Notes: generated by a model not told the origin, from the sequence alone. 64,000 nt of DNA from Thermoleophilia bacterium (GCA_040772905.1 JAXGXJ010000005.1:207048-271047); one strand, 5' to 3'; shown: positions 18,001-28,433, counted from the first letter of the stretch. Numbers and translations: made by a program.

Positions 18001-19209
18001 TTAGGAAGCCTGCGGCGGCCGGGAGCGGAAGAACACCAGAGCCGCCAGGGCGGCCACACCGAACGCGGCCAGCATCACATAGCCGGCGCTATAAGAGCCA
18101 CGCGATTGTCCCCCCAGGTCGAGGAACAGTCCGAACAACCATGGCGCGACCAGCGAGCCTGCGAAACCCATGAGACTGTTGAGCCCGGTGGCAGGGCCCA
18201 CCTGCTCCGGCCCGGACACCACCTCAGGAAGATAGGCCAGCATGGCGGGGAAGAAATACATGCTGAAGAATCCCGAGATGAGCACCAGGGTGATCGCGAG
18301 CGGCACTCCAGGCGTGACGCCCACGACGGCGGTCACCACCACCATGATGACCAGCGACACCACGATCACCCGAGGTTTGCCCCAGCGGGCCATCCCCAGC
18401 GCACCCAACGGGGTCCCCAAGACCTGGGCCGCGCCGAGCCCGGCCAGCAGGTAGACCGACACCGCCGCGGACGACCCGTGGGTGTCCTGCAGGAAGCTGG
18501 GGGTCCACGCCAGGGTGCCCACGCTCATGGCCAAGGCGGCTGTGTTGACGAAGGCCAGTATCATCACGCGCTTGTTGCTGAGCGCCCCCCAGAACGAGCG
18601 CCCCAGAGCGCGCGCATCCATGGCCCCCGCTGCATAACGGGGCTTGGTCCGCACCGCCTTCTGCAGCAACACCACCACACCCACCACGAAACCCAAGGCG
18701 GCGTCGGTGAGGAACACCGCTCTGTATCCGCCCGCACTCTGGATACTGGGCATGACGAGCAGCGCAGCCATGGTCCCGAGTCCCCAGCCCGCGCCCAGGA
18801 TGCCCCAGGCTCGTCCCAGCCAGCGAGGCGGCACAGAGTGGGCCAGCACCGGGCTGCAGGTGGCGATGACCATGCCCCCCGCCACTCCCTGGATGGCCCG
18901 CCCCACGAGGAACCCCGCGAAAGAGGAACTGAGCGCGAAGATGAGCGAGCCCAGCATGAAACAGCCACAACTGACAGCCAGCAGCCATCCGCCCCACCGG
19001 GCCGCCCCAATGCCCGAGACGATGCCGGCGACACCGTAGAAGCCCATGAAGACCGACGTGAGCAACCCTATCTGCGCGTCGCTGAGCTGCAACTCGCTGC
19101 GCAGCTCGTTGGTGATCACAGGCAGGAGCGACAGCGTCACCGCGGCGGTGACGAACACCAACATCAGCGACAACGCCAGCCCATCGGCCCCGCGGCGTGT
19201 GGTTATCAC
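18001..19209 (-). CDS. MFS transporter
   Basis: About 12 hydrophobic segments; GRAIQG motif. Confidence 0.85.
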   Translation of the reverse strand: MITTRRGADGLALSLMLVFVTAAVTLSLLPVITNELRSELQLSDAQIGLLTSVFMGFYGVAGIVSGIGAARWGGWLLAVSCGCFMLGSLIFALSSSFAGFLVGRAIQGVAGGMVIATCSPVLAHSVPPRWLGRAWGILGAGWGLGTMAALLVMPSIQSAGGYRAVFLTDAALGFVVGVVVLLQKAVRTKPRYAAGAMDARALGRSFWGALSNKRVMILAFVNTAALAMSVGTLAWTPSFLQDTHGSSAAVSVYLLAGLGAAQVLGTPLGALGMARWGKPRVIVVSLVIMVVVTAVVGVTPGVPLAITLVLISGFFSMYFFPAMLAYLPEVVSGPEQVGPATGLNSLMGFAGSLVAPWLFGLFLDLGGQSRGSYSAGYVMLAAFGVAALAALVFFRSRPPQAS

Positions 19210-19340
19210 GTACTCCTGCTCGTGCAGCTCAGGCTCCTTCCCGTCGCGACCTCGTATCCCACTGCCCCTGCGAGCCGTCCTGTCCGCGCCCTATACTATC
19301 GACATGCGGCAGGAAAAAAGTACAACTTCGTGAGCCCGAC

Positions 19341-19724
19341 GTGGTGAGCTTCCTCATCCGCTGGGGCGTCAATGCAGGAGCCGTGGCCGTAGCCGCGTGG
19401 CTGGTGCCCGGCATCTACGTGGAGGAGCCCAACGGCGTCTGGGCGGTGCTGCTCGTCGCGCTGGTGCTGGGCCTGGTGAACGCCTTCATCCGTCCGCTCA
19501 TCTCGGCTCTTTCGTGCGGGCTCATCGTGCTGACACTAGGCTTGTTCACCTTTGTCATAAACGCCCTCATGTTCTGGCTGGCGTCCTGGGTGACCACCGA
19601 CCTGTTGGGGTTCGGCTTCCACGTGGACGGGTTCTGGAACGCCCTGCTCGGCTCCCTCATCGTCAGCATAGTGTCGGCTCTCGCCACCACGTTCGTGGGC
19701 AGGGGACGACTGAAAAGACGCTAG
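19341..19724 (+). CDS. 4-TMS phage-holin-family (YvlD-like) membrane protein; start uncertain
   Basis: LGLVNAFIRP...LTLGLFTFVINALM...GFWNALLGSLIVS. Confidence 0.85.
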   Translation: MVSFLIRWGVNAGAVAVAAWLVPGIYVEEPNGVWAVLLVALVLGLVNAFIRPLISALSCGLIVLTLGLFTFVINALMFWLASWVTTDLLGFGFHVDGFWNALLGSLIVSIVSALATTFVGRGRLKRR

Positions 19725-20374
19725 CAGGCGGCTCCGTCGCAGCCTTGCAGATAGACCGAAGTGATATAGACGAGGTTCTCGGTCAACTCTTCGTCCGAGT
19801 AGCCGCCGGCCAGCGGCGCCGACTCGCCGAAGATCACCCGCTCCCTTATGAGCAGGTTCACCACGGTGAAGGCCCAGTCGACAGCAGCCACCGGGTTGGG
19901 ATGCCGGACTTGGTCGGCATGCACCAGCAGGGCTTCGCGGAACAACTGGCGCCGCCGCTCGTCGCCCTTCTCGCACCGTCCGGAGAACTCCGCGGAGTCG
20001 GCACATTCGAGGATGAAGGCGCGGAACATGGCCGGTTCGGAGAGGAAGTGGCGTACGAAGAGCTCCACCATCCGACGGATGGCCCCGTCCAGTGAGGCAT
20101 CGCTGTCGCGCCCGGCCTCGAACTCCGCTCGGATGGAGGCCTCCATCCGGTTGAGGAACCGTTCCCGCACCGCGCCCAGGAGCGCCAGCTTGTTGGGAAA
20201 GCGTGAGTAGAGCCCTCCCACCGAGAACCCCGCCAGCCTGGCGACATCAGCAACACTCAGATCGTCGAACCCCTGCTCGCGGATGAGGGTCTCGGCCGCG
20301 TCGAGATAGCGGTCGAACGACTCTCGACTTCTCTTCTGGCGAGGCGGACTGTATGTGGATGCGCGCGAGTCCAT
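19721..20374 (-). CDS. TetR/AcrR transcriptional regulator
   Basis: PRQKRS...LSVADVARLAGFSVGGLYSRFPNK; SD AAGGAG. Confidence 0.92.
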   Translation of the reverse strand: MDSRASTYSPPRQKRSRESFDRYLDAAETLIREQGFDDLSVADVARLAGFSVGGLYSRFPNKLALLGAVRERFLNRMEASIRAEFEAGRDSDASLDGAIRRMVELFVRHFLSEPAMFRAFILECADSAEFSGRCEKGDERRRQLFREALLVHADQVRHPNPVAAVDWAFTVVNLLIRERVIFGESAPLAGGYSDEELTENLVYITSVYLQGCDGAAC

Positions 20375-20427
20375 GGACTCCTTATTGTACAAATGTTCTG
20401 TCACGCAGAACAGACGGCGTTGTAATG

Positions 20428-20466
20428 CGGCTGCGTGGGTGACCGGCCCTCTCGCCCACGCAGCCG
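20428..20466. terminator. GC-rich hairpin after the Fe-S subunit gene
   Basis: CGGCTGCGTGGGTGA / TCGCCCACGCAGCCG inverted repeat; no U-tract. Confidence 0.5.
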
Positions 20467-20473
20467 ACGTATA

Positions 20474-21127
20474 TCAGCGCGGCTGGTGAGGGTCTTTTCT
20501 CACCTCTTCATCTATGTGATCGCGCAGCCCTTCGGGAAAACTGTAGGTGACCTTGGGTGACGTGCCGGCGTCGGCGCGCAATGCTCCCGCCCGGCGGGCC
20601 GCATGACTGATCGCGCTCTGGGGGTCGTCCAGGTCGCCGAACACCATGGCCCGAGAAGGGCATCCAGCAACACAGGCGGGCACGCCGCCCTCATCGACCC
20701 GGTGTACGCAGAGGGTGCACATGGAGGCCTGACCGGGCACATGCCTGCGGTGCGCGGGAGCCGACTCAGCGTAGGGACGAGCCTCTTCCGTGAAATACTC
20801 AGCCTCGGGATTCAGGATCATCACCTGATACGGGCAGGCTTTGACACAGGCCCCCACTCCCTTGCACCGATCTTTGTCCACCAACACGATCCCGTCGGCG
20901 CGCTGGTAGACAGCCTGGTTCGGACAGGCCTTCACGCACGGTGGGTTCTCACAATGCATGCAGGCGTAGCGCACGTAGGTGATGCGCTGCGACGCCTCAT
21001 GCTCCACCTGGAGGATCTGGTTCCACCAGACCCCCGGAGGAGTGAGGTTCTCCTCCTTGCAGCTAATGACGCAGGTCATACAACCCACGCAGCGGTCAAG
21101 ATCGACGACGATCCCGTATCTGGCCAT
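20474..21127 (-). CDS. DmsB-like 4Fe-4S subunit of molybdopterin oxidoreductase
   Basis: CVGCMTC..C, CMHCENPPC..CP, C.G.GAC..CPY, CTLC...C..CP. Confidence 0.9.
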   Translation of the reverse strand: MARYGIVVDLDRCVGCMTCVISCKEENLTPPGVWWNQILQVEHEASQRITYVRYACMHCENPPCVKACPNQAVYQRADGIVLVDKDRCKGVGACVKACPYQVMILNPEAEYFTEEARPYAESAPAHRRHVPGQASMCTLCVHRVDEGGVPACVAGCPSRAMVFGDLDDPQSAISHAARRAGALRADAGTSPKVTYSFPEGLRDHIDEEVRKDPHQPR

Positions 21128-21155
21128 TATCTGATCTCCCTCTCCGCTACTCGGC

Positions 21156-23270
21156 TCACTGCGCCTTGACCGCTTGGCAGGGCGTCTCTTTGAAGGGCGG
21201 ATATCCTGATATCGGATCGAACTGTCGGGGGATGAGATCGTTCACGTTGGCTTTGGCCCAGCCGTGCATGATGCCCACCGTGCCCTTGCTCATCATGATG
21301 GTGGGCTTGGCCTTCACACGGATCTCGCCTAGAGCAGTGCTGAGGATCACATCATCGCCCCTCTCCAGATCGCGGGCGGCCGCATCGGCGGGATTCATCA
21401 TCAGCATGGGATCCTTCTCCAGCTCCAACAGCCAGGGAGAATCCTGGCGCCACTTGCTGTGCGTGACAAAGGGCAGCCTCGAGCCGGAGATAAGCACCAA
21501 CGGGAACTCCTCCGAGGTGGGCAGGGGATCCTTGTACTCGCACAAGGCTGGATAGCCGTGCTTGGCCAGGACTGTGGACACGGCCTCGATCTTGCCCGTG
21601 GCGGTGGGGAAGCCGGGTGTGCCGTCGGGACGGTTGAGACCCTTCTCGTGCTTGGCGAAGGACTCGGGGTTCTTCGCAGGCACGGTGACACCGGTCTCGA
21701 TGTTCGCACGCAGCGTGGCGTAGTCGAGGTCCCACAGCTTGAGGATGTCGTCACAGGCGGCCTCGACATCCCCGTGATAGAAGGTCTCGGCATGGCCCAG
21801 CCGGACCCCGATGTCCAAGGCGATCTTCCAGTCCTCGCGGCACTCGCCTCGCGGCGGGACCGGCGTACGGCCGTAGACAGTGCGTCCCATGACCGCGAAG
21901 GGCGCCTGCCGTTCGAAGTTCATGGCGGCCGGCAACAGGATGTCCACGTAGTCGTGGGTCCAGGGCCTGTAGAAGTAGTCCACCGCCATGCTGAACTCCA
22001 GTGAACCGATGGCCTCCTGGTACTCCTTGGTGTGCGCCCAGATCATGGTGTTGAGACCCCAGCCCAAGAGCGCCTTGACCTTGCCCTCTTTGATCCACTC
22101 CACCAGCGAACTGGTCATGACCTCGAAGAGGAACTCCGCCCACGCCGGATACTCGTGCAGATCGAGACGGCGGTCGCGCATGTCGAGCAGGCCCTGCCTC
22201 AGCGTAAAGGTAGGCGGTCCGTCGGCCCAGTGCCCTCCGAGACCCTCCAGCGGGTTGGTGGGCTTGGCGATGCCCCCGGGCACATCTATGTAGCCGCAGA
22301 CGGCCGGGACCATCAGAAGCGCCCGGTGGTTGTTGGTGGCATTGGTGTTGTGCGTGGTGCCCTGCGACCCGGTGAGCAGACCGCCGGGTCGCGCGGTCGC
22401 GTAGAGCCGGGCCGCCTCCACGATCTTATCGGCCGGGACCCAGGTGAGGTCCTCCACTCTCTCGGGCGGAAAATCGGCCACGTAGGCCTTCAACTCCTCC
22501 AAACCATGGATCCAATCCCGGCAGAAGTCCTTGTCTTCCAGGCCCTCTTTGAAGATGACGTGCATCATGCCCGCGGCGAGAGCGGCGTCGGTGCCGGGGC
22601 GAGGGGCAAGATGGATGTCGGCCAGCGTCCCCACCATGGGAGTGTTGCGGGGGTCGATGACGATGAACTTCACACCCCGGGCTTTGGCGTCGGCCAGAGC
22701 ACCGTGACACATGTAGGGCTGACCCGAGTAGGCCGGGTTGGTTCCCCAGATGAGCATCACCTTGGTGTCGGCCGAAGGCAGGTTGCCGGTGGTGGGGAAC
22801 CCGTAGGTGAGCATCTCGGCCAACTGCGCGGCACGCCTGCAGGCGGTGGAGCTCTCGCACCCGTAGTTGGGCGAGCCGTACGTGACGGCCAAGCGCTGCA
22901 CCGCCGCCCGCGGCTCTTTGGGATCTCCCACGTAGAAGAACACCGACTCGGGACCGCTCTCCGTCTTGATGCGCTCGAGGTGGCCCACGATGGTGTCATA
23001 GGCCTCCTCCCAGGTGATGCGCGTGAAGCCCGGGTCGCCCGGACCTTTCGGGTTGGTGCGCTTCATGGGATAGAGAAGGCGATCGGGATGATAGAGGCGC
23101 TGCAAAGTGGCATACCCCTTGGAGCAGATGGGCCCCGCGGGATAGCCGGGCCAGGGCTCCACCTTGGTCACCACGTCCCCCTCGCGCGTGAACCGGATGC
23201 CGCAGAAGGGCACTTCGTTACAGCCGTCGCAGAAGGTGTATCCGTAGTTGTCTCTGGTTCCTTCGGTCAT
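21156..23270 (-). CDS. bis-MGD molybdo/tungstoenzyme catalytic subunit (DMSO reductase superfamily), no Tat signal
   Basis: CDGC....C...C.KG Fe-S motif, DRLLYP, WGTNP, IDPR, PGTDAAL, C-terminal MNPADA binding domain. Confidence 0.9.
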   Translation of the reverse strand: MTEGTRDNYGYTFCDGCNEVPFCGIRFTREGDVVTKVEPWPGYPAGPICSKGYATLQRLYHPDRLLYPMKRTNPKGPGDPGFTRITWEEAYDTIVGHLERIKTESGPESVFFYVGDPKEPRAAVQRLAVTYGSPNYGCESSTACRRAAQLAEMLTYGFPTTGNLPSADTKVMLIWGTNPAYSGQPYMCHGALADAKARGVKFIVIDPRNTPMVGTLADIHLAPRPGTDAALAAGMMHVIFKEGLEDKDFCRDWIHGLEELKAYVADFPPERVEDLTWVPADKIVEAARLYATARPGGLLTGSQGTTHNTNATNNHRALLMVPAVCGYIDVPGGIAKPTNPLEGLGGHWADGPPTFTLRQGLLDMRDRRLDLHEYPAWAEFLFEVMTSSLVEWIKEGKVKALLGWGLNTMIWAHTKEYQEAIGSLEFSMAVDYFYRPWTHDYVDILLPAAMNFERQAPFAVMGRTVYGRTPVPPRGECREDWKIALDIGVRLGHAETFYHGDVEAACDDILKLWDLDYATLRANIETGVTVPAKNPESFAKHEKGLNRPDGTPGFPTATGKIEAVSTVLAKHGYPALCEYKDPLPTSEEFPLVLISGSRLPFVTHSKWRQDSPWLLELEKDPMLMMNPADAAARDLERGDDVILSTALGEIRVKAKPTIMMSKGTVGIMHGWAKANVNDLIPRQFDPISGYPPFKETPCQAVKAQ

Positions 23271-23363
23271 CTCTCATCCTTCTCTCTTGCGGAAAAGCGG
23301 CGCGTCGGGGGGGGGGGGCCCCCCCCCCCCCCGCCTCCACTCCCTGCCGAGAAAGGATGGGCT

Positions 23364-24314
23364 GTGCCTCGGGGCCACCCCCACAGACTAGTACTTGCTC
23401 TTTACCTCCTGGGGGCGAACGCCCTCTGGGGCACGAGTTTCGTGGCCACGAAGATCGCTCTCAGCGGCTTCCCGCCCATGACCGTCATGTGGATGCGCTG
23501 GATGGTGGCCACACTCGTCTTCCTTCCCTTCTGGCGCCGCGTGCCCCGTCCTCAGTACCGCCGGGGGGACTGGAAGCTGCTGCTGCTCGCAGCCGCCTTC
23601 ATCCCCTGTCTCTACTACCTGCTTGAGGGCTATGCCCTGCGCTACACCACCTCGGGTCAGGCCGGTGTCATCTCGGCGGTCTACCCGCTGCTGGTAGGGG
23701 TGGGCGCGTGGATCTTCCTGAAAGAGCGGCTGAGCCGGCGGGGAGCCGTAGGCATCGTGCTGTCTCTGGCGGGAGTGGTGCTGCTGACCCTCAGCGGCCC
23801 AGTACAGGAGACAGCCTCGAACCCTGTCCTGGGGAACCTGCTCGAATTCCTGGCCATGCTCAGTGGCGCCGGTTCGGCGCTCGCCATCAAACGCTTGAGC
23901 GTCCGTTACAGCGCGTGGTTCCTCACCGGCATGCAGGCCGCAGTGGGCTGCGTGTTCTTCCTGCCCTTCGCCCTCGCCTCGGGCTCCGGCGCCTGGACGG
24001 AGGCTCCGCTCTCGGCCTGGGCGAGTGTCCTCTACCTGGGCACCTTGGTGAGTCTGGGCTCCTGGGGACTCTACAACTCAGCACTGGTGCGCATGCCCGC
24101 CAACAAGGCCGCGCTCACCGTCAACCTCATCCCTGGTATCGCGCTACTGGCCGGATGGGCCCTGCGCGGGGAGACGATCTCGTTGGCACAGCTGGGCGCC
24201 TGCGTCTTGATCGTGGCCGCGGTCGTCTACGCCGAGACGGGCAAGGATGAGTCCACGCGCAACGGCGGACCACTCGGCAGCGAGACCTCGCGACCGACCG
24301 ACGCGCCCACCTAG
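23364..24314 (+). CDS. EamA/DMT family transporter
   Basis: LWGTSFVATK, duplicated EamA halves, LKERL and GE motifs. Confidence 0.88.
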   Translation: MPRGHPHRLVLALYLLGANALWGTSFVATKIALSGFPPMTVMWMRWMVATLVFLPFWRRVPRPQYRRGDWKLLLLAAAFIPCLYYLLEGYALRYTTSGQAGVISAVYPLLVGVGAWIFLKERLSRRGAVGIVLSLAGVVLLTLSGPVQETASNPVLGNLLEFLAMLSGAGSALAIKRLSVRYSAWFLTGMQAAVGCVFFLPFALASGSGAWTEAPLSAWASVLYLGTLVSLGSWGLYNSALVRMPANKAALTVNLIPGIALLAGWALRGETISLAQLGACVLIVAAVVYAETGKDESTRNGGPLGSETSRPTDAPT

Positions 24315-25925
24315 TTCGAGAAGCACTTTGCGACTGCGGCCGCCTCTTGATCCACGGTGGCCGTGTCCACCAAGTCTGCCGCCTGTTCCTTCAAGAGGAC
24401 CACCCAAGTGCCGAGGATCTCAGCCGCCGACCCGCTCTCGAAGAGTCTGCTCTTGAGCTGAGCGCTTCTCCTCATACAGCTGCTGCCACTCCGGATTGGC
24501 CTTGAACCGCTCCACCAGAATGTTCGACCTCGCACGCCCCAGCTGGACCCCGCCCCGCGCTGGGGCTCCTGCGTCAGGGATGGCGGCGTCGGGCGCGGCT
24601 GCGTCGGGCGCGGCTGTGTCGGGCGCCGGGACATCGGGTAACCGATCGGTGCTAAGGCCCGGTCGGGCAATCCCACCCGGAGGCTCCGTACCCTCCGGCG
24701 CTTGACCAGCGGACTGCGTCTGACCGCTCTGTGTCGTCGGACGGTCGCCACCGCCCATGCCACCCATCATGCCGAAGGCCAGGTTGTGATCCCACGCCAC
24801 CACCTTGAACTTCTCGACGATAGGATCGTAGTAGAGATAGGAATTGTTACCCATCCCATCGATATCGTCGGCGTTGGCGATGAGATCCTCGAAAGCGAGA
24901 TAAGTGGCGAACGCCTCGATGTCAAGCCGGTTGGGCAACTCGGCGTCGAAGGTAGCGTCGTCGGAGTTGTTGATGAAGTCCAGGAATCCGATGAGCGGCG
25001 TGAGGTCGGCGTTGGTCTTGCCCGCTTCCTGATCGAACACCTCTTCGTACGAATCAGGATCCTCACCGCGGTAGCTGTAATCCCCGGTGCTCTCGGCCTT
25101 GTAGAGCGCACCTTTGACGTCGAATTCTCTGGCCATCCAGACATCGTCCAGATTCTCAACGACCAAGCGCAGATGTGGATCACTGCCGTTCACGCTGAAG
25201 CGCACCGCGATCGCCTGTTCGGACTCCAGCCCTGCGATCTCGAGCAGATCCAGGGCTACGGCCTCGTTCAAGGCGGTCTCAGTCGTGTTGGAGCGCACAC
25301 ACAACTCCACCACACCTTGGTGGTTCTGGCCGTCGACGTTCCGATCGAGGTCGATTAGCCAAGGCAGGCCGGCGGGATCGTCAAAGGATGCGTCGCCGCC
25401 GGGACCACCGAAGCCCTGCCGTTCGCGCCAGCCGTCGCGCGCCGCGACCCGGGTGGTGGTCGTGGTGGCCGCCCCCGCACCAGCAGTGGACGTTCCAGTC
25501 GCTGATGTGTCGCCGAAGGCGGGCACAGTCGAGGCCCCGGCCGCACGACGCAGATTCATCAACGACGAATTGCCCTTGAGGCGCAATCCCACGTTGTCAT
25601 AGATCGCGCCATCGATGATGACGGTGGCCTCTATCCACTCCTTCTCTCCGCTCTCCTCATAGGCTGCGGCCATGCCCGCGTAGTCTTCCTGCTCGTACGA
25701 GACGCTGATCTCGTGGATGAGAGAACTGTCGAGAAGTCCACTCCCCTCCACGGTCTTGGAGCCGCCATGGGTCTCAGCCGATCCCTTGTCGCCGGCGGTG
25801 GTGGCGAAGCCGGAGACAGTACCCGATGATGTGCAACCCGAAGCCACCAGCGTAAGAGCTGAGAGCGCGGCCAAGAGCATCAACCTCATCAGTCCACGCG
25901 AGCGACGACTCGAGACGCTTCTCAT
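24311..25925 (-). pseudogene. CotH kinase-family lipoprotein with apparent frameshift near 24465
   Basis: VASGC lipobox, GLRLKGNSS, NNSYLY, WDHNLAFG; plausible C-terminus continues in another frame to 24311. Confidence 0.75.
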
Positions 25926-26161
25926 CTATCCTCCTGGCTCGACGGCGCAACACCACTCGGGAAGCATAGCGACGCGTCCCTAAGCTGGGCGTAAGAAGAT
26001 GCCGAGCTGAGAGGCGCTCTTTTCTGACCAAGGCCCCACCAGGCCGGCCACGTTCTCGCGGGCGTTAACACCTCCGTGGGCTGACGCATTATCATGGGAC
26101 TCTACCCAAAGGGGCTGGGCACGGTGCCCACGTCTTTTGTCACCGGCACAAGAGGGAACAG

Positions 26162-27598
26162 ATGATCAAGTTCAGCGAGCAGCAACTCAAGGCGCCCAAG
26201 TACCTGCGGCCCGTCTATCTGGTGACGGCCGGCCAATCGAAGTACGGTCGGGCCATCCCCGAGAAGAGGACGGAAGAGCTCTGCATAGACGCCTTCACCA
26301 TGGCGGCCGAGCTTCTGGGCAAGACCCCGGCGGAGCTCAAGCGCTACATCCACTCCTGCTATTACGGCCACTTCGCCGACCACTTCGGCGACCAACTCCT
26401 GGGCGAAGCGGTCATCCACGACCGTCTGGGCCTCGATCCGCTGGGCAACGTGGGCATCAAGTCGGGCGGCGCCACCGGCGGCTCGACGCTGTGGGAAGCG
26501 GCCAAGGCCGTGGCTTCCGGCTACTCCGACTGCGTGCTCGCCATGGGCTGGGAGCGCATGGACGAGGTGCCCACCGACGAGGGCAACTTCCTCATCGCCT
26601 CCGCCGCCGACCGTGACTGGGAATCGCCCATGGGCCAGATCTACACGGGCTACTACGCTGTCATGGCGCAGAAGTACTGGCAGGTGTTCGGCAAAGCCGA
26701 GGCCTCGTTCCGCCGTACCCTGGCCGAGATCTCCGTGAAGCATCACGGCTACGCGCGCTTCAACCCCTTCGCTCACGGCGGCATGGACATCACGGTGGAC
26801 GACGTGCTCATGTCGCCGCTGGTGGCCGATCCGCTGCGCGCCCTCGATGCCTGCCTCATGAGCGTGGGCGCGGCCTGCGCCATCCTCTGCGACGAGCCGA
26901 CCGCCATGGAGCTCACCAAGAACAGCAAGAACCGGCCTCTGCGCATCTGGGTGACCGCGGGGTCCCATACTCTCCGTCCCGCCGACCGGCGTGACATGGA
27001 CATCCCCCTGCTGCCCCACGAGTCCCCCGACCAGTACAAGGATCTGGCCAAGGAGTTCCCGGGTGGCGACCGCTATCCCGGCTTCACCGGCTTCCTCGCC
27101 GCCCGCATGGCTGCCTATTACGGCTACAACATGACCGGCGTCACCGATCCCACCGAGGACTTCGACGTCATCGAGCTTCACGACGCCTTCACCATCAGCG
27201 ACGTGCAGACCTACGAGGACATCGGCATCCGCCCCTACGGCTACGGCCGCGACTACGTGGAGTCGGGCGACTGCTACCACACCAATCCCAAGACGGGCAA
27301 GCCCGGCAAGCTGCCCTCGAACCTCTCCGGCGGCCTGATCGGCTGCATGCACGCGGTGGGGGCCAGTGGCATCATGCAAGTGTTCGAGATCGCCACGCAT
27401 ATCTGGAACCGCTGGGCCGAAGTCCACGGCGACGAGAAGCGGTGGCAGGAATTCGGTCGCCGGAAGCCCGACGATTGGACCGACCTGCAGGTGCAGGGCG
27501 CAAAGCGGGGTCTCTCCATCAGCCACGCCGGCGTGGGGTCGCACGTGACTGCGACCATCCTCATGGATCCCGATCATCTGCTCAAAGAAGACGCGTGA
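26162..27598 (+). CDS. thiolase-fold (SCP2-type) protein lacking the nucleophilic Cys; putative retro-aldolase
   Basis: KSGGATGG where thiolases have xxACASG; NPFAH, ELHDAF, NLSGGL, HAVGASG. Confidence 0.85.
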   Translation: MIKFSEQQLKAPKYLRPVYLVTAGQSKYGRAIPEKRTEELCIDAFTMAAELLGKTPAELKRYIHSCYYGHFADHFGDQLLGEAVIHDRLGLDPLGNVGIKSGGATGGSTLWEAAKAVASGYSDCVLAMGWERMDEVPTDEGNFLIASAADRDWESPMGQIYTGYYAVMAQKYWQVFGKAEASFRRTLAEISVKHHGYARFNPFAHGGMDITVDDVLMSPLVADPLRALDACLMSVGAACAILCDEPTAMELTKNSKNRPLRIWVTAGSHTLRPADRRDMDIPLLPHESPDQYKDLAKEFPGGDRYPGFTGFLAARMAAYYGYNMTGVTDPTEDFDVIELHDAFTISDVQTYEDIGIRPYGYGRDYVESGDCYHTNPKTGKPGKLPSNLSGGLIGCMHAVGASGIMQVFEIATHIWNRWAEVHGDEKRWQEFGRRKPDDWTDLQVQGAKRGLSISHAGVGSHVTATILMDPDHLLKEDA

Positions 27599-27611
27599 GA
27601 GAGGCCCACTC

Positions 27612-28202
27612 ATGAGCTCATACGGACAAGTACAGGTCGTCGACGGTCGCTACAAATTCCGCGGTGATTTCCATCGGCTCGAACAGCACATGCCCATCCG
27701 AGACGCCAACAACGGCTACAAGCTCCTGGGCGTGACCAAGCCGCGGGATATGACCTACGTACACACCTACGGTGGCGAGGCCCCCTTCTTCGAAGCGCTC
27801 TCCCAGGGCAAGCTGCTGGCCACCAAGTGTGAGAACCCCGACTGCGAAGCCAACGGCACCGTCTACCAGCCCTTCCGCATCCATTGCCCCGATTGCCTGG
27901 GTAAGAACACCATCATCGACATGACCCGTCTGGCCAAAGAGACGGGGACGGTGCACACCTTCATGGTGTGCGCCCGGTCCGGCGCGTTCAACGTTCTCGA
28001 CACTCCCATCCGCTTCATCAACGTGCAGTTCGAGAACGTGTCGACCATCCTGATGAGCTACCTGCTCATGGGAGAGCCTTACATCGGGATGCGCGTGAAA
28101 CCGGTGTTCAAGGTATGGAACCCCACCTACACCATCCTCGATCTGTCCTGGGTGCCGGCCGAGACGGCCGCAGATTCGCTGCCGGAGGGCTTCGCCTTCT
28201 GA
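27612..28202 (+). CDS. DUF35 Zn-ribbon/OB-fold partner protein
   Basis: FFEAL..GKLLATKC...C...HCPDC, GTVHTF, IGMRVKPVF. Confidence 0.85.
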   Translation: MSSYGQVQVVDGRYKFRGDFHRLEQHMPIRDANNGYKLLGVTKPRDMTYVHTYGGEAPFFEALSQGKLLATKCENPDCEANGTVYQPFRIHCPDCLGKNTIIDMTRLAKETGTVHTFMVCARSGAFNVLDTPIRFINVQFENVSTILMSYLLMGEPYIGMRVKPVFKVWNPTYTILDLSWVPAETAADSLPEGFAF

Positions 28203-28236
28203 TGCTCAGCGACCCAGGGGGCCGACGGGGCATCAC

Positions 28237-28262
28237 CGACTCCTGCGGGTACGCAGATGTCG
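28237..28262. repeat. 26-bp palindromic repeat, copy 1
   Basis: CGACTCCTGCGGGTACGCAGATGTCG, nested in outer stem 28213-28224/28276-28287. Confidence 0.85.
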
Positions 28263-28433
28263 GCTCAAACCCTGCCGGCCCCCTGGGCGACACTGCGCTT
28301 CAGGTCTTCGTCTGGGGAGGTGTCCCTCTTGCGCCGCTCCCGCGATAGACTGTGATGAAGGCATCGAGGTGGCCGCGCCGTGTCCGGCGTGGCGCGGCCG
28401 GGCCGTCACACTGCCGGACTCACGGAGGGGCGC

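Noticed and set aside
19341-19724. Prophage inferred from holin-family gene
   Set aside because: This 4-TMS family is commonly chromosomal, and there are no phage structural, lysis or integrase genes nearby
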